Shown here in pieces: positions 60,727 through 64,000 of a stretch of 64,000 nucleotides of DNA (position 1 is the stretch's first letter; every line of letters begins with the position of its first letter). Position numbers and translations under genes: made by a program. The notes under the pieces were generated by a model. The model had not been told where the DNA came from. It saw only the letters and a program-made list of their open reading frames with translations, and searched no databases. Source of the stretch: Lama guanicoe (Eukaryota); the NCBI GenBank assembly GCA_013239625.1, contig MU054049.1:2049892-2113891 (forward strand). The letters are read 5' to 3'.

Positions 60727-61638
60727 CATTCAGTGTCATTAGGGAAATGCAAATTAAAACAATGAGATACCACTACGTGCTTATTAGAATGGCAAACATC
60801 AAATGCTTGATGGTGAGGATGTAGAGCAACAGGAAATCTCATTCATTGCTGGTGGAAATGCAAAATGGTACAGCCACTTTGGAAGATAGTGTTTCTTACA
60901 AAACTAAACATACTATTACCATAAGATCCTGCAGTTTTGCTCATTGGTGTTTACCCCAAGGATTTGAAAACTTACGTCCACACAAAAGCCTACGCACAGA
61001 TGCTTGCAGTGGCTTTATTTATAATTACCAAAACTTATACTCAACCAAGAACTGTCCTTCAGTAGGTGAATGGATAAATAAACTGTGGTACAGTCAAAAC
61101 AGTGGAATATTATTCAGTGCTATAAAGAAATGAGCTGTACAAATCCATGAAAAAACATGCAGGAAACTTAAATGCATATTACTGAATGAAAGAAGCCAAT
61201 CTGAAAAGGCAACATTCCAACTGTACGGCATTCTAGAAAAGGCAGAACTGTGGTGGCGGTAAAAAGGTTGGTAGATCAGTGGTTGCTACTGGGAGGAGAG
61301 GGGGGCGAATAGACAAAGCACAGAGGATTTTTAGGGTAGTGAAACTACTCTGTGTGGTATTATACTGGTGGGTACATGTTATTATACATTTGTGCAAATT
61401 AGTGAATGTACAACACCAATAATGAACACTAATGTGAACTATGAACTTTGAGTGATAATGATGTGTCAATGTAGGTTCATCAGTTGTAACAAATATACCA
61501 TTGTGGTGTAGGATGTTGATAGTGGGAGAGGCTGTGCATATGTGGAGGCAGGGAGTATATGAGGACTCTGCTTTCTGCTCAGTTTTGCTGTGAACCTAAA
61601 ACTGCTCTAAAATGTAGTCTATTTAAAAGGAAAAAAAC
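60727..61638 (+). mobile_element. L1MC-type 3' end inserted into the L2
   Basis: gtcattagggaaatgcaaattaaaacaatgagataccactac...gtcaatgtaggttcatcagttgtaacaaat...tgtgaacctaaaactgctctaaaa + A-rich end. Confidence 0.9.
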
Positions 61639-61861
61639 CCCCATGCTTTAGACTAACTTGGATTCATTTCTCTCATTTTGTCTGAAATGGTGGTTTCACT
61701 GTAATGCATTCTAAAGGCAAATACAGAATAATTTTAGAACTTTGTGTGACCTCTCCTCTTGCTTAAACATAGATAATTGAGAGTAAAATAATTTTTTAAC
61801 TATGTGATATGATACCCTAATCTAGTTTTTGTTAAACTTTCTTGTTCTAAAAAAGATAACT

Positions 61862-62260
61862 ATTGCCATCCTAGAGAATGGATTGAAAGAGTGAAGGACA
61901 GGAGCCAGGGATTATAGCAAAGCTACCGAAATTGCTCAACAGAGAACTAGTGAAAGCCTGAACTAAGTCCTATTCAGTGTGGATGGACAGAGGGGCAGAT
62001 GACAGAAATATTATGTTGTACTGTTAGGACTGATCACTTCTGGATACCTTGGGGATAGAGGAAAAATCTAAAATGGTTCCTAGATTTCTGGCTTGAGTGA
62101 CTAGATTAGTGGTGATACTCTTTACCAAGATAGGACTGTAGGATAAGAAGGAAGTTTGTAGGAAAGATGATTGGTTTTGGATATGTGGGATTTCAGGTGT
62201 CTGTCTAGTATCCAAATTTCAGATGCCTATAGAAATCGTGTCTGTAGAATGGAGATGTAG
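61862..62260. mobile_element. L2 relic, right part
   Basis: gagaatggattgaaag...agatttctggcttgagtgactagattagtggtgatac...tttggatatgtgggatttcaggtgtct continues the L2 that breaks off at 60720. Confidence 0.65.
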
Positions 62261-62509
62261 GTTGTTAATCAAACTACAATTTAAAAAAAACTGCTCCTTT
62301 GAACATAATTGTTATGAAAATTGTAGTGACTTCATCTCATATCCTTTGGCAAAAAAAAAAAAGTAAAAGTGTATCATCTGTTTTCTTCTTGATTCTTGCA
62401 CTTCCCTAATGTTCAGCTTCTGTTTCCCAAGCCATACAGATATTTTCCTCCTACTCTGAGGCTTTACCTATTCTGAAATACAGTGAAAAATTTACCTACC
62501 TTTAGGGAT

Positions 62510-64000
62510 TACTTCCCAACTTACCTTATGAGGCCAATGTCACACTGATGTCAAACCAGACAGACAGATAAAGAAAACTAGATCAGTAGCTCTATGGATT
62601 AAAAAAAAAACTTCAAAAAATATTAACAAACCAAATTTCACAACATATATAAAGGATTATAAACCATGTACAAATAGATTTATCCCAGTAATGCAAGATT
62701 GTTTCAACATACTAAAAAATCAGTCAGTATAATACACTGTATTAATAGAATTAGAGATAAAACCCACATTATCATCTCAATAGACAATGGAAAGAAAAAC
62801 ATGTGACAAAACTCAACACCATGATAAAAAAAAACCAGCTAAACAAAAAAGGAATAGAAGGGAACATTCTTAATCTGATTAATATTGTCTATGAAAACCC
62901 CACAGCTAAAATCATACCTTATGGTGAAAGACTGAATGTTTTTCTCTACAATCAGGAAAAAGACAATAGTGTTTGCTTTTAACCACTTTTATTCAGCCTT
63001 GTGTTGGAGATTCTAGGCAGGGCAATTAGGTAAGAAAAGAAAATAAAGAGCATCTAGATTGGAGAAGAAGAAGTAAAAATTTGTATTTGCAGATGACATG
63101 ATCTTATATGTCGAAAATCCTAAGGAAATGACTAAAAAATCTAAAACTAGTGAAGTTCAGCAAGGATTTAGTGTACAAGATCAATATATTAAAATCAATT
63201 GTATTTATAAACACTAGGAATAAACAATCTTATAATGAAACTAAGAACAATTTATAGTAGCATCAGAAAGAACAAAATTCTTAGGAATTTTTTAAAATGC
63301 AAAACATGTAATCTGAAAATTATAAAACATTATTCAAAGCAATTAAAGAAGTTATAACTAAAAAATATATCCCATGTTGATGGATTAGAAACATAATATT
63401 GTTAAGATGGTAATACTCTCCAAATTAAACTGCAGACTCACCACAGTCCTTATCAAAATCCCAAGTGGTGTTTTTTCAAAACAGACAAGCTGATCCTATG
63501 ATCCATATGGAAATTCAAAGGACCCAGAATAGCCAACAATCTTGGAAGAGAAGAACAAATTAGAGGACTCACACTTCCCGATCTCAAAACTTAACTACAA
63601 AGCTACAAAGCCAGTGTGCTACTGGCATAAGGATAGACATGTATATCAATCGAACAGATTCAAGGGACCAGAAGTAAACCCTCACATTTTTGGTCAATTG
63701 GTTTTCAACAAGGGTGTCAAGTTAATTCAATGGAGATAGAACAGTCTTTCTAATAAATGATGTGAGACAACTGGTTATTGCAAAAGAATAAAGCTAGACC
63801 CCTATTTCACAATGTCCACAAAAATAAATTCAAAATAGAGTATAGACCTAAATGTAAGGGCTAAAATTGTACAATTCTTACCAATAGATACACAAGTTAA
63901 TCTTTATTACCTTGAATTAGGCAAAGCTTTTAAAGTATGGCTTCAAAAGCATAAGCAACGAAAGAAAAATAGTCAAAGTCGTCTTCATTAAAATTAAAAA
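62510..64000 (+). mobile_element. Degenerate L1M ORF2 (reverse-transcriptase region) fragment, runs off the window end
   Basis: tttgcagatgacatgatcttatat (FADDM motif), gaaaaccccacagctaa, and ORF 63542-63739 (...YWHKDRH...PHIFGQLVFNKG...) resemble L1 ORF2; many stops and frameshifts. Confidence 0.92.

Noticed and set aside
62510..64000. Reverse-transcriptase-like sequence as an active or domesticated gene
   Set aside because: Heavily interrupted L1 ORF2 relic; the longest listed ORF is 65 aa.

Overview
Mammalian genomic DNA, most likely camelid, judged from eight copies of a short tRNA-headed SINE and the young L1 3' ends. The window holds one complete, intact gene on the + strand: WASHC2 (FAM21), the WASH-complex subunit that binds retromer and capping protein. 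I traced 31 coding exons by hand (ATG 5978, stop 54899-54901). All introns are GT-AG and all phases are consistent, giving a 4023-nt CDS (1340 aa). The gene has a CpG-island promoter with a tandem array of CLEAR/E-box sites and a polyA signal at 55063. A second CpG-island promoter at about 57.7-58.3 kb starts another + strand gene, probably ZFAND4 by recalled synteny; I found no coding exon for it here. The rest is intronic or intergenic sequence with SINE, L1, L2, MIR, hAT/Tigger and MaLR relics, plus a 41-N assembly gap. I found no new multi-gene system. The best leads are: the duplicated four-E-box promoter module; an ATG-only first coding exon whose retained intron gives a uORF ending on the second ATG; LFa retromer motifs split across symmetric exons; in-frame alternative acceptors; an apparent ancient L1 3' transduction; and a twin-priming L1 inversion hairpin. 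Repeat family names and human-protein comparisons come from memory of consensus sequences, not from a database search.
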